Positions 21,085 through 31,276 of a stretch of 64,000 nucleotides of DNA are shown here, one piece after another. Where the stretch lies: the NCBI GenBank assembly GCA_902798425.1, contig CADBWR010000005.1, positions 12,579-76,578 on the forward strand, in the 5' to 3' direction. Every line of letters begins with the position of its first letter. The stretch's first letter is position 1. The position numbers and the translations under genes are program-made. The notes below the pieces were generated by a model that ran no database searches, was not told where the DNA came from, and was given only the letters and a program-made list of their open reading frames with translations. This DNA comes from an uncultured Bacteroidales bacterium. Its GTDB lineage: Bacteria; Bacteroidota; Bacteroidia; Bacteroidales; Bacteroidaceae.

Positions 21085-21354
21085 TTAGTGGTTGTTAATC
21101 TGGTCAATGATGTCACTGGCCTGCGCAATAAAATCCTCTTTCAGTTTCTTGTAATATGTCTTTGCCGGCATTCCTGGTTCCGGGTGCGAGATGCGACAGA
21201 TAAAGTCGCTCTGCAGTTTTACGATGCTATATGCCAGTGCTTCGCAGTTTTTGCTCTCCTTGTCACTTCCATACAAAGTTTTTGCCAGACATTCAGCGAA
21301 CAATTCTCCACAAATCTGATTGATGCTTTGTTTTAGTACTCTTTTCTTTGCCAT
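21085..21354 (-). CDS. hypothetical small protein
   Basis: 89-aa ORF upstream of the acyltransferase. No motif. Confidence 0.5.
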   Translation of the reverse strand: MAKKRVLKQSINQICGELFAECLAKTLYGSDKESKNCEALAYSIVKLQSDFICRISHPEPGMPAKTYYKKLKEDFIAQASDIIDQINNH

Positions 21355-21543
21355 AATGTAAATCCTCCTAAAATTAGTTCATTTATTTTATTTCAAAGGT
21401 CAAAGATACAATAAATTCTTGAGATAGCATAACTTTTGCTACAAAAAAATATTAAAAAGCATTATTTCTTTCTTTTTCTCGTAAAAAAGCATTATTTTTG
21501 CAATTCAAAAATTCATTATTCTAAAAATATAAATAATTTTAAA

Positions 21544-23181
21544 ATGGAAAAAAGTGCATTGCAGTTGGCAAGAGCCGCTTATCAGCCCAAGTTGCCAAAG
21601 GCCCTTCAGGGTGCAGTAAAAGTTAAGGAGGGTGCCGCCACCCAGAGTGTTGGCGACCAGGAAGAAATCAAGAAGCTCTTCCCCAACACCTATGGTATGC
21701 CTATCGTACAGTTTGAACCTGCTACCGAGGCAAACACCAAGAAGATGAATGTAGGTATCATTCTCTCTGGCGGTCAGGCTCCTGGCGGTCACAATGTGAT
21801 TACAGGTCTTTTCGATCAGATTAAGAAGCTCAATCCCGAGAACCGCCTCTTTGGTTTTATTCTGGGTCCAGGCGGTCTGGTAGACCATAATTACATGGAG
21901 CTCACTGCTGATATCATCGACGAGTATCGTAACACTGGTGGTTTCGACATGATTGGCTCAGGTCGTACCAAGCTGGAGAAGGTTGACCAGTTTGAGAAGG
22001 GATTGGAGATTATCCGCCAGTTGGACATCAAGGCTATCGTTATCATTGGTGGCGACGACTCTAACACCAATGCTTGCGTACTTGCTGAATATTATGCTGC
22101 CAAGAACTACGGTGTACAGGTTATTGGTTGTCCTAAGACCATCGATGGCGACCTGAAGAACTCTCAGATTGAGACTTCTTTCGGCTTCGATACCGCTTGT
22201 AAGACCTACTCTGAGCTCATCGGTAACATTGAGCGCGACTGTAACTCAGCTCGTAAGTACTGGCACTTCATCAAGGTGATGGGTCGTTCAGCTTCTCACA
22301 TTGCCTTGGAGTGTGCCCTGCAGACTCAGCCCAACATCTGCCTGGTTTCTGAGGAAATTGAGCAGAAGGCTATGAGCCTCGACGATGTTGTTGCTTACAT
22401 CGCCAATGCTGTTGCTCAGCGTGCTGCTGACGGTAACAACTTCGGTACCGTAATTATCCCTGAGGGTGTTATCGAGTTCATCCCCGCCATCAAGAAGCTG
22501 ATTGCTCAGCTCAACGACGTGCTCGCTTTACCCGAGGCAAAGAATATCAGCCGCGACGAGCAGGTAGACTTCGCCAAGAGTCACCTCACCGCTGAGAACC
22601 TTGCTGTCTTCAACAGTCTGCCTGTTGGTGTTGCTCGCCAGCTGGCACTCGACCGTGACCCCCACGGAAATGTACAGGTTTCGCTCATCGAGACCGAGAA
22701 GTTGCTTTCTGAGATGGTTGCCAAGAAGCTCGACGCCATGAAGGCTGAGGGTAAGTATGTTGGCAAGTTCTCTGCTCAGCACCACTTCTTTGGTTATGAG
22801 GGACGCTGCGCAGCTCCTTCTAACTTCGACGCAGACTACTGCTACGCTCTGGGAACCTCTGCTGCCCAGCTGATTGCTGCCGGCAAGACTGGTTACATGG
22901 CTATCGTCAAGAATACCACAGCTCCTGCTGAGCAGTGGATTGCCGGTGGTGTGCCCATCACCATGATGATGAACATGGAGAAGCGTAATGGTGAGATGAA
23001 GCCCGTTATCCGCAAGGCGCTCGTTGAGCTCGACGGTGCTCCCTTCAAGGAGTTTGCTGCTCATCGCGACGAGTGGGCTCGCAAGACCGCTTACGTCTAT
23101 CCTGGACCAATCCAGTACTGGGGACCAACAGAGGTTTGTGACCAGCCAACCCGCACACTTGCTCTTGAACAGGCTAAATAA
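21544..23181 (+). CDS. pfp: diphosphate--fructose-6-phosphate 1-phosphotransferase (PPi-PFK)
   Basis: Start at [52 protein letters not shown] and MGR motifs. About 545 aa long-form PFP. Confidence 0.9.
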   Translation: MEKSALQLARAAYQPKLPKALQGAVKVKEGAATQSVGDQEEIKKLFPNTYGMPIVQFEPATEANTKKMNVGIILSGGQAPGGHNVITGLFDQIKKLNPENRLFGFILGPGGLVDHNYMELTADIIDEYRNTGGFDMIGSGRTKLEKVDQFEKGLEIIRQLDIKAIVIIGGDDSNTNACVLAEYYAAKNYGVQVIGCPKTIDGDLKNSQIETSFGFDTACKTYSELIGNIERDCNSARKYWHFIKVMGRSASHIALECALQTQPNICLVSEEIEQKAMSLDDVVAYIANAVAQRAADGNNFGTVIIPEGVIEFIPAIKKLIAQLNDVLALPEAKNISRDEQVDFAKSHLTAENLAVFNSLPVGVARQLALDRDPHGNVQVSLIETEKLLSEMVAKKLDAMKAEGKYVGKFSAQHHFFGYEGRCAAPSNFDADYCYALGTSAAQLIAAGKTGYMAIVKNTTAPAEQWIAGGVPITMMMNMEKRNGEMKPVIRKALVELDGAPFKEFAAHRDEWARKTAYVYPGPIQYWGPTEVCDQPTRTLALEQAK

Positions 23182-24072
23182 ATGCCTCACAAGAAGACAA
23201 CGCATACACACAAGACATCCGGACGCCGCACGGGACCTGTTCCCCACAGACGTCCGAATGTCTTTATTCGTCTGTTGCAACACCTCCCCGGTTGGGCGTG
23301 GTGGATAGGCGGTATTGCCGTTGTTGCAGTCTATGTTTTCTTCTTCTACTATATCTTTGTCGGTCCTTTCGGCTTCCGGTGGCGTGCGCTCTATGGTGAC
23401 GTCAGCTATCCTGAAGGCTACGAAATCCACGGCATCGACATCAGCCACCACCAGGGACGCATTGACTGGGATGAGTTACGTGACAAGGGACTCATCAACA
23501 AGACGCCCATCCGGTTCATTATGATCAAGGCTACCGAGGGCGCCTCACGTGTTGACGAGTACTTTGAGGACAATTTCCACCAGGCTCGCGAATATGGTTT
23601 TACGCGTGGTGCCTACCATTTCTATAGCGTCTACTCGCCAGCCGAGAAGCAGGCAGCGTTCTTCATCCGTCATGCTAAGCTGGAGAATGGCGACCTGCCT
23701 CCCGTTCTGGATGTAGAGCACAAACCCAAGAATCAGACGGACCAGGAGTTTGCTACCAGCATTCTGAAGTGGCTCGATATCGTAGAGAAACACTATGGCG
23801 TAAAGCCTATCATCTATACGTATTATAAGTTTAAGACACGTTACCTAAACGACTCAGTTTTCGATAGTTATCCTTACTGGATAGCTCACTATTACGTCGA
23901 TGAAGTCGAATATGACGGACCATGGAAATTCTGGCAGCACACGGATGCGGGCCGACTTCCGGGTATCAAGGGTCAGGTGGACTTCAACATCTACAACGGT
24001 TCCTTCTATGACCTGCGTAAGATGACCATCGGCGCACGTGAGCAGATTGGTGAGGATGCTTATGCAGACTGA
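23182..24072 (+). CDS. membrane-anchored GH25 lysozyme (muramidase)
   Basis: Basic N-terminus plus TM helix, then GIDISHHQGRIDW, IMIKATEG, AYHFY GH25 motifs. ATG immediately follows the pfp stop. Confidence 0.85.
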   Translation: MPHKKTTHTHKTSGRRTGPVPHRRPNVFIRLLQHLPGWAWWIGGIAVVAVYVFFFYYIFVGPFGFRWRALYGDVSYPEGYEIHGIDISHHQGRIDWDELRDKGLINKTPIRFIMIKATEGASRVDEYFEDNFHQAREYGFTRGAYHFYSVYSPAEKQAAFFIRHAKLENGDLPPVLDVEHKPKNQTDQEFATSILKWLDIVEKHYGVKPIIYTYYKFKTRYLNDSVFDSYPYWIAHYYVDEVEYDGPWKFWQHTDAGRLPGIKGQVDFNIYNGSFYDLRKMTIGAREQIGEDAYAD

Positions 24073-24095
24073 ACCACAAAACTCATCAAAGCAAC

Positions 24096-25793
24096 ATGGC
24101 AACAGTTGACGACAAGAAAGTCATTTTCTCGATGGTTGGTGTGAGCAAGACCATCCAGCAAAACCAGAAGCAAGTGCTCAAGAACATCTATCTCTCGTTC
24201 TTCTACGGGGCAAAGATAGGCATCATTGGTCTCAATGGTGCTGGTAAGTCTACGCTGATGAAGATTATCGCCGGACTCGACCAGCAGTATCAAGGCAACG
24301 TCGTGTGGGCACCTGGGTATACGGTGGGCTATCTGCCGCAGGAACCACCATTGAACGAGGAGAAGACCGTCAAGGAGAATGTCATGGAGGGTGTGCAGCA
24401 TGTCTACGACGCCCTGAAGGAGTATGATGACATCAACGTGAAATTCGGTCTCCCCGAATACTATGAAGACCCCGACGAGATGGACCAGCTGATGCAGCGC
24501 CAGGCTGAACTGCAGGACATCATCGACGCTACCGATGCGTGGAACATGGACTCCAAGCTGGATCGTGCCATGGCTGCGCTGAACTGTCCTCCAGGTGACT
24601 GGTCTGTCAAGACACTCTCGGGTGGTGAGCGCCGCCGTGTCGCCCTGTGCCGCCTGTTGCTGCAGAAACCTGATGTCTTGCTGCTCGACGAGCCTACCAA
24701 CCACCTCGATGCAGAATCTATCGACTGGCTGGAACAGCACTTGCAGCAGTATGAGGGTACCGTGATTGCCGTCACCCACGACCGCTACTTCCTCGACGAT
24801 GTGGCAGAGTGGATTCTCGAACTGGACCGTGGCGAGGGTATTCCCTGGAAGGGCAACTACTCCAGTTGGCTGGAGCAGAAGTCGCAGCGTCTTGCTCAGG
24901 AGGAGAAGCAGGCTTCCAAGCGCCGCAAGACGCTGGAACGCGAGTTGGAGTGGGTGCGCATGGCTCCCAAGGCCCGCCACGCTAAGGGTAAGGCCCGTCT
25001 GAACTCTTACGAGACCATGCTCAACGAGGAGCAGAAGCAGAAAGAGGAGAAGTTGGAAATTTTTATCCCCAACGGTCCTCGTCTGGGCAACAAAGTTATC
25101 GAGGCGGAGCATGTCGCCAAGTCGTTCCCCGAAAAGACGCTGTTCACCGACCTTAACTTCATGTTGCCGCCCAATGGTATCGTGGGTGTTATCGGACCCA
25201 ATGGCGCTGGCAAGACCACGCTGTTCCGCCTGATAATGGGTCTCGACAAGGCTGATGCAGGCTCTTTCAGCGTCGGTGAGACCGTGAAGCTCAGCTACGT
25301 AGACCAGCAGCACAAGGACATCGTCCCCGACAAGTCTGTCTACGAAGTGGTCAGTCAGGGCAACGAGACCATCCGCATGGGTGGCAAAGATATTAATGTA
25401 CGCGCGTACCTCTCCCGATTCAACTTCAGCGGTGCCGATCAGGAGAAGAAGTGTGGTGTGCTCTCTGGTGGTGAGCGCAACCGTCTGCATCTGGCTATCG
25501 CCCTCAAGCAGGAAGGTAATGTGCTGTTGCTCGACGAGCCCACCAACGATATCGACGTCAATACGCTGCGAGCCTTGGAAGAAGGTCTTGAGTCCTTTGC
25601 CGGTTGTGCCGTTGTTATCAGCCACGACCGTTGGTTCCTCGACCGCATCTGCACGCATATTCTGGCATTCGAAGGCGAGGGTAGGGTGTTCTACTTCGAG
25701 GGCAACTACAGTGAGTACGAAGCCAACAAGGCCCTGCGCTTAGGACTCGACGAACCCAAGCGTGCCCGCTACAGAAAGTTAATGGAAGAGTAA
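24096..25793 (+). CDS. ettA: energy-dependent translational throttle ABC-F ATPase
   Basis: Two ABC cassettes (GLNGAGKST, LSGGERRRVAL; GPNGAGKTT, LSGGERNRLHL) with the EttA arm/linker. About 560 aa. Confidence 0.95.
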   Translation: MATVDDKKVIFSMVGVSKTIQQNQKQVLKNIYLSFFYGAKIGIIGLNGAGKSTLMKIIAGLDQQYQGNVVWAPGYTVGYLPQEPPLNEEKTVKENVMEGVQHVYDALKEYDDINVKFGLPEYYEDPDEMDQLMQRQAELQDIIDATDAWNMDSKLDRAMAALNCPPGDWSVKTLSGGERRRVALCRLLLQKPDVLLLDEPTNHLDAESIDWLEQHLQQYEGTVIAVTHDRYFLDDVAEWILELDRGEGIPWKGNYSSWLEQKSQRLAQEEKQASKRRKTLERELEWVRMAPKARHAKGKARLNSYETMLNEEQKQKEEKLEIFIPNGPRLGNKVIEAEHVAKSFPEKTLFTDLNFMLPPNGIVGVIGPNGAGKTTLFRLIMGLDKADAGSFSVGETVKLSYVDQQHKDIVPDKSVYEVVSQGNETIRMGGKDINVRAYLSRFNFSGADQEKKCGVLSGGERNRLHLAIALKQEGNVLLLDEPTNDIDVNTLRALEEGLESFAGCAVVISHDRWFLDRICTHILAFEGEGRVFYFEGNYSEYEANKALRLGLDEPKRARYRKLMEE

Positions 25794-25819
25794 TTGCTCT
25801 TCCATTTTTTTTATTCTGC

Positions 25820-26593
25820 TTAGTCGACTATCGTCGGATACTTCCGTGTCCAGCCATCCCAGCGTAGCCGCATGACGCCAAAGAAGGCCTCGCCAAAGAT
25901 GCCACCCGACATCTTGCTGGTGCCCTCACGGCGGTTGACGAAGATGACGGGCACCTCCTTAATCTTAAAGCCAATCTTGTAGGCCGTGTACTTCATCTCT
26001 ATCTGGAAGCCATAGCCCTTGAAACGAATCTTGTCCAGCTCGATGGTCTTCAGCACGCGACGTCTGTAGCACTTAAAGCCCGCTGTGGTGTCGTGCACCT
26101 GAAAGCCCGTTACGATGCGCACATACTTCGAGGCGAAGTACGACATCAGGACGCGCCCGATGGGCCAGTTGACGACATTGACACCGCTGACATAGCGAGA
26201 ACCGATAGCTACGTCGTAACCTCCTTCGGGGTTCTCGTCAGTCTTGGGAGCACAGGCGCTGTAGAGGCGCGGCAAGTCGTTCGGGTCGTGGCTGAAGTCA
26301 GCATCCATCTCGAAGATGTACTCGTAGTCGCGCTCCAGTGCCCACTTGAAGCCTGCGATATAGGCTGTTCCCAGACCTAACTTGCCCGTACGCTCTACTA
26401 GGAACAGACGGTCGCCGAACTCCTCCTGAGCCATCAGTCCCTTCACGATGGCTGCCGTACCGTCAGGTGATCCGTCGTCGATAATCAGAATATGGAAACA
26501 CTTCTCCAAGCCAAATACGGCACGGATAATCTTCTCGATGTTCTCCTTCTCATTATACGTCGGAATGATGACAATGCTGTCGCTCTGATGCAT
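25820..26593 (-). CDS. GT2 polyprenol/dolichol-phosphate mannosyltransferase-like
   Basis: IVIIPTYNEKENI, IIDDGSPDGT, MDADFSHDP motifs. Start at MHQSDS. Confidence 0.85.
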   Translation of the reverse strand: MHQSDSIVIIPTYNEKENIEKIIRAVFGLEKCFHILIIDDGSPDGTAAIVKGLMAQEEFGDRLFLVERTGKLGLGTAYIAGFKWALERDYEYIFEMDADFSHDPNDLPRLYSACAPKTDENPEGGYDVAIGSRYVSGVNVVNWPIGRVLMSYFASKYVRIVTGFQVHDTTAGFKCYRRRVLKTIELDKIRFKGYGFQIEMKYTAYKIGFKIKEVPVIFVNRREGTSKMSGGIFGEAFFGVMRLRWDGWTRKYPTIVD

Positions 26594-26815
26594 GATATCC
26601 TTATCGTTTCTGTTTAAAAACGTTGCAAAGATACAACAAATTGTGCAAACAGCCACAACTCTTCTCTTTAAAAAGTATTAAATGGCTCCTTAATGTTTTG
26701 GAGATTATCGCGTAATTTACAAATTTTGCTATGACAGGAAACTTATTTTCTGCAAGCCTTGCAAAGATTTGGAGATGTGAGAAAAGTTTGCTACTTTTGC
26801 AGAAAAATATGTGAT

Positions 26816-28063
26816 ATGGCAGAAAACAATAAGATTCTCGACTTTGTGGCTCCCGTAGAGGACAAGATGCAGGGCATCATCAAGGTGGTGGGTGTCGGCG
26901 GAGGCGGATGTAATGCGGTGCGCAACATGTACCTGGACAAGGTGGGGGGCGTGACGTATGCGGTGATGAACACGGACAGCCAGTCGCTGTCGCGTTCGCC
27001 AGTGCCCTACAAGATTCAGCTGGGTGCCGGACTGGGTGCCGGTGGTAATCCTGAAGAGGGTAAACGGGAGTGCGAAGGGAGCGCTGAGGACATCAGGAAA
27101 CTGCTGAGCGACGGCACGAAAATGGTGTTCGTGACGGCAGGCATGGGTGGCGGCACGGGAACGGGTGCTGCACCACTGGTGGCAGGCATCGCCAAGGAGA
27201 TGGGACTGCTGACGGTGGGCGTGGTGACGATACCGTTCTACTTTGAGAAGAAAAAGAAGATTATCAAGGCGCTGAAGGGTGTGGACGAGATGCGCAGAAA
27301 CGTGGATGCGCTGCTGATAGTGAACAACGAGCGACTGTGCGACATCTATGCGGACTCGGAGCTGTCGGTGAAGGAGGCGTTCAAAAGGGCTGACAACATT
27401 CTGATGGATGCGGTGAAGGGTATCTCGGAACTGATTACGCTGCCCAGCGACGGGGGTATCAAGAGTGACTTTAAGGATGTGGAGACAACGATGAAGAACG
27501 GTGGTGGTGCCATCATGGCCATGGGCAGGGCCAGCGGTGAACATCGTGTGGAGAAGGCTATCCTGAACGCGCTGGACTCGCCACTGCTCTATGGCAACGA
27601 CATCGGCAAGGCGAAGCGCATCTTGTTTAACATCTATTCGAGCGACGAGCACTCTATCTTTGTGCGTGAGCTGCAGGAAATTGACGACTTCTTTGACCAG
27701 CTGGACCCGAACATCGACGTGATATGGGGTACGGCAACGGACGACTCGTTAGGGGAGGACGCGAAGGTGACGATACTGGCGACGGGACTGGAGGACGACC
27801 TGCGCAGCGAGGTGCAGAAGGACGCGCACAGCAATGAGGACGACTTCTACGAGGACTTGATACCGAAATTGTATAAGCCGGTGAAGAAGGAACCGTCAAC
27901 CATGAAGGAGGTGCTGGCGAAGGAACAGCCGCTGCCCTTCGAGGTGGAGAAGGCGCCAGAGCCGGAACCTGCGCCTGTCGAGGAGGAAGAACCCGAAGAG
28001 CCGACGATTATCAAGAAATGGAAGGGGTGGCTGAACAGACTGACGCAGAGCATTGCGGAGTAA
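26816..28063 (+). CDS. ftsZ: FtsZ-family tubulin-like GTPase
   Basis: IKVVGVGGGGCNAV, NTDSQSL, GAGLGAGGNPEEG, FVTAGMGGGTGTGAAP, and a T7-like SDFKDVETTM. No ftsA/ftsQ upstream, so orthology to the division ftsZ is not certain. Confidence 0.8.
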   Translation: MAENNKILDFVAPVEDKMQGIIKVVGVGGGGCNAVRNMYLDKVGGVTYAVMNTDSQSLSRSPVPYKIQLGAGLGAGGNPEEGKRECEGSAEDIRKLLSDGTKMVFVTAGMGGGTGTGAAPLVAGIAKEMGLLTVGVVTIPFYFEKKKKIIKALKGVDEMRRNVDALLIVNNERLCDIYADSELSVKEAFKRADNILMDAVKGISELITLPSDGGIKSDFKDVETTMKNGGGAIMAMGRASGEHRVEKAILNALDSPLLYGNDIGKAKRILFNIYSSDEHSIFVRELQEIDDFFDQLDPNIDVIWGTATDDSLGEDAKVTILATGLEDDLRSEVQKDAHSNEDDFYEDLIPKLYKPVKKEPSTMKEVLAKEQPLPFEVEKAPEPEPAPVEEEEPEEPTIIKKWKGWLNRLTQSIAE

Positions 28064-28261
28064 TTTAAAACCACGAATTAATTTATTCACGAACACAGAT
28101 ATTTTAAAACCACGAATTAAACGAATTAATTTCTGAATAATTTTTGATAATTTCTGTTTGAAAAAAAAAACATGTAGTGCGCAGCTAAAAATTAGTGAAA
28201 TTCGTGCAATTAGTGGTTTTAAAAAGAAATCTGTGGTAGGAAACAGTATGATGGCTGATGT

Positions 28262-28873
28262 ATGATGGAAGATGTGAGGAAGAATAGTCCGGAAGAGATG
28301 GCTGAGCAGGTCAGGGTACTGGCTGAACAGCTGAAGCGGGCAGGTCGGAAAGACTTGCTGCTGAGGGCTATTGGCGTCCCTCTGCTGGAAGAGTTGCGCA
28401 TAGAGGCGGCACGTGCTAAGCTGAGCAGGCTGGTCGTCACGAAAGACTATAGAATCATCCTTGCAGACTATGATAACAAGGAGGTGGAGCTGACGCCCGT
28501 GCACAAGGCTGTGTACCTGTTGTTCCTGGCACATCCGGAGGGTATCGAGTTTAAGAAGCTTCGTGACTATCGGGACGAACTGGCACGATACTATATGGCT
28601 ACGGCACGACAGATGGACAAGGAGGCCATCATGGAGAGCGTTGACATGCTGGTGGACCCGCTGAACAACTCTATCAACGAGAAGTGCTCGCGCATCAAGA
28701 AGGTGTTCTTGGATATGATGGATGAATATACGGCGAGCTACTACATCATCAGTGGACATACGCAGAAGCACATAGTAGGCTCCAGTCGTATCTGGTATGA
28801 GCGGTTGAAGGTGATTACGCTGCCGCGCGCCCTTCTGAAACCCCACATCCCCTCTATATTTCCGTTCCCCTAA
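28262..28873 (+). CDS. hypothetical protein
   Basis: 203-aa ORF with plausible composition. No motif recognised. Confidence 0.55.
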   Translation: MMEDVRKNSPEEMAEQVRVLAEQLKRAGRKDLLLRAIGVPLLEELRIEAARAKLSRLVVTKDYRIILADYDNKEVELTPVHKAVYLLFLAHPEGIEFKKLRDYRDELARYYMATARQMDKEAIMESVDMLVDPLNNSINEKCSRIKKVFLDMMDEYTASYYIISGHTQKHIVGSSRIWYERLKVITLPRALLKPHIPSIFPFP

Positions 28874-28935
28874 GGGGAACTCCAATATAGAGGGTGGGTT
28901 TCCTCAGGGAAGTAAGCCCCCATAAACAGCAACCA

Positions 28936-29020
28936 CTGATACGCCAACGAGACAGGCTGATACGAGAACGGGACACGCTAATACAGCGCTGTATTAGCGT
29001 GATACGGGGTCATTATCAGC
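28936..29020. repeat. four 21-bp phased direct repeats (CTGATACG-type boxes) plus one inverted box; unit 3 is a perfect 22-bp palindrome
   Basis: Boxes start at 28936, 28957, 28978 and 28999, exactly 21 bp apart. Units 1 and 2 are 17/21 identical. GCTAATACAGCGCTGTATTAGC at 28977-28998. Inverted TATCAG at about 29013. Confidence 0.8.
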
Positions 29021-29210
29021 TGTTTATTTTCGGAGCGCACGAGAATGGGCGGATGTATGCATCCAACCAACTTTTTTTCGTACCTTTGCAGACGTAGTTG
29101 CATTGCGGAGTTGAATCTTCGATGGCAGATTTTTATGCAAAAAAATTTGGCGCGCGTCATTTTTATTTGTATCTTTGCAAATGCTAATGATCAAATAATA
29201 CTAAACTAAA

Positions 29211-30143
29211 ATGAAAAGAATATTGGTAACAGGTGGTGCTGGATTTATTGGCTCACACCTTTGCGAACGCTTGGTCAATGATGGAAACGACGTGATATGC
29301 CTGGACAACTTCTACAGCGGTTCCAAGGAGAATGTGTGGCACCTGATTGGCAAACCGAACTTTGAACTGGTACGCCACGATGTGATTAATCCCTATTGGG
29401 CCGAGGTGGACGAAATCTATAACCTGGCATGCCCGGCATCGCCCATCTACTATCAGAACGACCCCATACAGACCACAAAGACCAGCGTGTTTGGTGCCTA
29501 CCACATGTTAGGACTGGCACGCAGAACCAAGGCGAAGATTCTGCAGTCGTCGACCAGCGAGGTCTATGGCGACCCGAACGTTCACCCACAGCCCGAGAGC
29601 TATTGGGGCAATGTGAACCCCATCGGTCTGCGCTCGTGCTACGACGAGGGCAAGCGCTGTGCCGAGACGCTGTTCTTCGACTACCACCGTCTGCACAAGG
29701 TGCGCATCAAGGTAATCCGCATCTTTAATACCTATGGTCCGCGCATGGCCATCAGCGACGGTCGTGTGGTATCGAACTTTGTGGTGCAGGCACTGCGTGG
29801 TGAGGATATAACCATCTATGGCGATGGCCAGCAGACACGCTCGTTCCAGTATGTCAGCGACCTGATAGAAGGTATGCTGCGCGTGATGGCAACAGGTGAC
29901 GACTTTACGGGTCCAGTGAATCTGGGCAACCCGGGTGAGTTTACCATGCTGGAGCTGGCTGAGAAAGTCATCAAGAAGATTGGCGGCAAGAGCAAGATAG
30001 TGTTCCGTCCGCTGCCCAGCGACGACCCCAAGATGCGCCGTCCGGACATCAGTGTCGCCAAGCGTGAGTTAGGGTGGGAGCCCAAGGTGTCGCTCGACGA
30101 GGGACTGGACAACATCATCGAGTACTTCCGCGGAAAAGTATAA
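29211..30143 (+). CDS. uxs: UDP-glucuronate decarboxylase (UDP-xylose synthase)
   Basis: [20 protein letters not shown], extended SDR fold. TAtcTTTG box at 29170-29177. Confidence 0.92.
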   Translation: MKRILVTGGAGFIGSHLCERLVNDGNDVICLDNFYSGSKENVWHLIGKPNFELVRHDVINPYWAEVDEIYNLACPASPIYYQNDPIQTTKTSVFGAYHMLGLARRTKAKILQSSTSEVYGDPNVHPQPESYWGNVNPIGLRSCYDEGKRCAETLFFDYHRLHKVRIKVIRIFNTYGPRMAISDGRVVSNFVVQALRGEDITIYGDGQQTRSFQYVSDLIEGMLRVMATGDDFTGPVNLGNPGEFTMLELAEKVIKKIGGKSKIVFRPLPSDDPKMRRPDISVAKRELGWEPKVSLDEGLDNIIEYFRGKV

Positions 30144-30219
30144 AATCCTCATAAATAGGGATTGCGGGCGTGGCAGAAAAGTAGTACCTTTGCAGCCGAT
30201 TTTAATCAATATCAGTCAA

Positions 30220-31221
30220 ATGAAAAAGTTTAGCACACTATTTTTCTTAACCACAGCCATGCTTACTGCCATGGCACAGGGCGGCCACGCCCCTATGAAG
30301 TTTTCAGGAAAGGCAACCATTGAAGTAGGAGGACAGATCGTATCAACAATTGCAAGTGACACCGTCGGGTATTTAGGAAAAGAGGTGACACTGCCCGAGA
30401 TGAGATATGGCAACTTCGTCATTCCGTCGTTCACCATTCATGGCACACAGTTCTCGATGGACATGTCGACCATGACGGTGACCTTCCCCGACCAGCAGTT
30501 CATGGAGACCATTACTGTTGACGGCGTACAGAAGACGATTATCGGTGCCTCGCTGACCGGTAGCTATGCCCATGATTCTTTCAATACCTTTAAGCTGAAA
30601 GTTAGTTTCATGTATGGTGCTATGCCCATGCCGCTGACCTACGACATCACAGCTTATTATATTAAGGATTATACCGACAAGTTGGATGTCAGCATCGGCG
30701 GCATGTTCAACTATACGGCAGCGAACGTCACCTATAGCGTGCGCACCTATCCCGAGGGCGACAAGACCCTGCTGGACGTGAAGATACCCAGCTACGAGCT
30801 GAGTGGTACACCGTTGGGTGAACTGACTGTTGGCAGCTATATCATCAAAGGTCTGGCCAAGGACGAGCAACTGGGAGGCTACTACCGCAACTACGCCGAA
30901 GACGGTCTGACCATGCACTTCAAGTCAGTAAAGGACGGACAGACAGGCATGGACGACGATTACGTGATGAGCACCCTTGAAAATAATATCCTGCTGGTCT
31001 ATGAAGGCAAGGCCATCAAGGTGACCAACAACTTCCATCCTGGCAATATGCCCTTCCAGATTACCTCTACATTCCCTGGCGCGGGTGAGGTGTCGGCCGT
31101 AGAGGCTGTCAAGACCGTCGGGCAGAACGATGCTCCAGCCTACAACCTTGCCGGACAGCGCACAGTGGCTGGCTACAGAGGCATAGTCGTCAAGGGAGGA
31201 AAGAAGTATTTTGTAAAGTAA
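30220..31221 (+). CDS. secreted hypothetical protein (beta-rich), possible short T9SS-type C-terminal sorting tail
   Basis: Signal peptide MKKFSTLFFLTTAMLTAMAQ. C-terminus YNLAGQRTVAGYRGIVVKGGKKYFVK resembles a Por-secretion CTD. TAccTTTG at 30185-30192. Confidence 0.65.
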   Translation: MKKFSTLFFLTTAMLTAMAQGGHAPMKFSGKATIEVGGQIVSTIASDTVGYLGKEVTLPEMRYGNFVIPSFTIHGTQFSMDMSTMTVTFPDQQFMETITVDGVQKTIIGASLTGSYAHDSFNTFKLKVSFMYGAMPMPLTYDITAYYIKDYTDKLDVSIGGMFNYTAANVTYSVRTYPEGDKTLLDVKIPSYELSGTPLGELTVGSYIIKGLAKDEQLGGYYRNYAEDGLTMHFKSVKDGQTGMDDDYVMSTLENNILLVYEGKAIKVTNNFHPGNMPFQITSTFPGAGEVSAVEAVKTVGQNDAPAYNLAGQRTVAGYRGIVVKGGKKYFVK

Positions 31222-31276
31222 TGTCTTTCTGAAGAAAGATGAGCGAAAGCGCAAGAAGTATACCTATTTATAAATA

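Noticed and set aside
22528-23451. 307-aa minus-strand ORF
   Set aside because: Antisense to the 3' end of pfp and the 5' end of the GH25 gene. It spans an intergenic junction and has no motifs.
24060-25658. 532-aa minus-strand ORF
   Set aside because: It lies entirely antisense to the ABC-F gene ettA, has no recognisable motif of its own and a Leu/Val/Gly-rich composition of the kind often seen in shadow ORFs. ettA has complete Walker and signature motifs.
26729-28885. 307-aa and 329-aa minus-strand ORFs (26729..27652 and 27896..28885)
   Set aside because: Antisense shadows of the FtsZ-family gene and the 203-aa ORF. They are His/Arg/Leu-rich, and the second runs straight through a repeat-filled intergenic region.
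28894-29097. 67-aa ORF whose translation shows a heptad repeat (LIRQRDR/LIRERDT/LIQRCIS/VIRGHYQ)
   Set aside because: The periodicity comes from the 21-bp DNA iterons. The ORF has a GTG start, runs through a consensus promoter, and has no coding context.
28050-29112. 12-mer GCATTGCGGAGT at the ftsZ stop and again at about 29100, considered as a target-site duplication flanking the 203-aa gene
   Set aside because: A single 12-mer match within 1 kb is within chance expectation for a 64-kb window, and no further flanking similarity exists.
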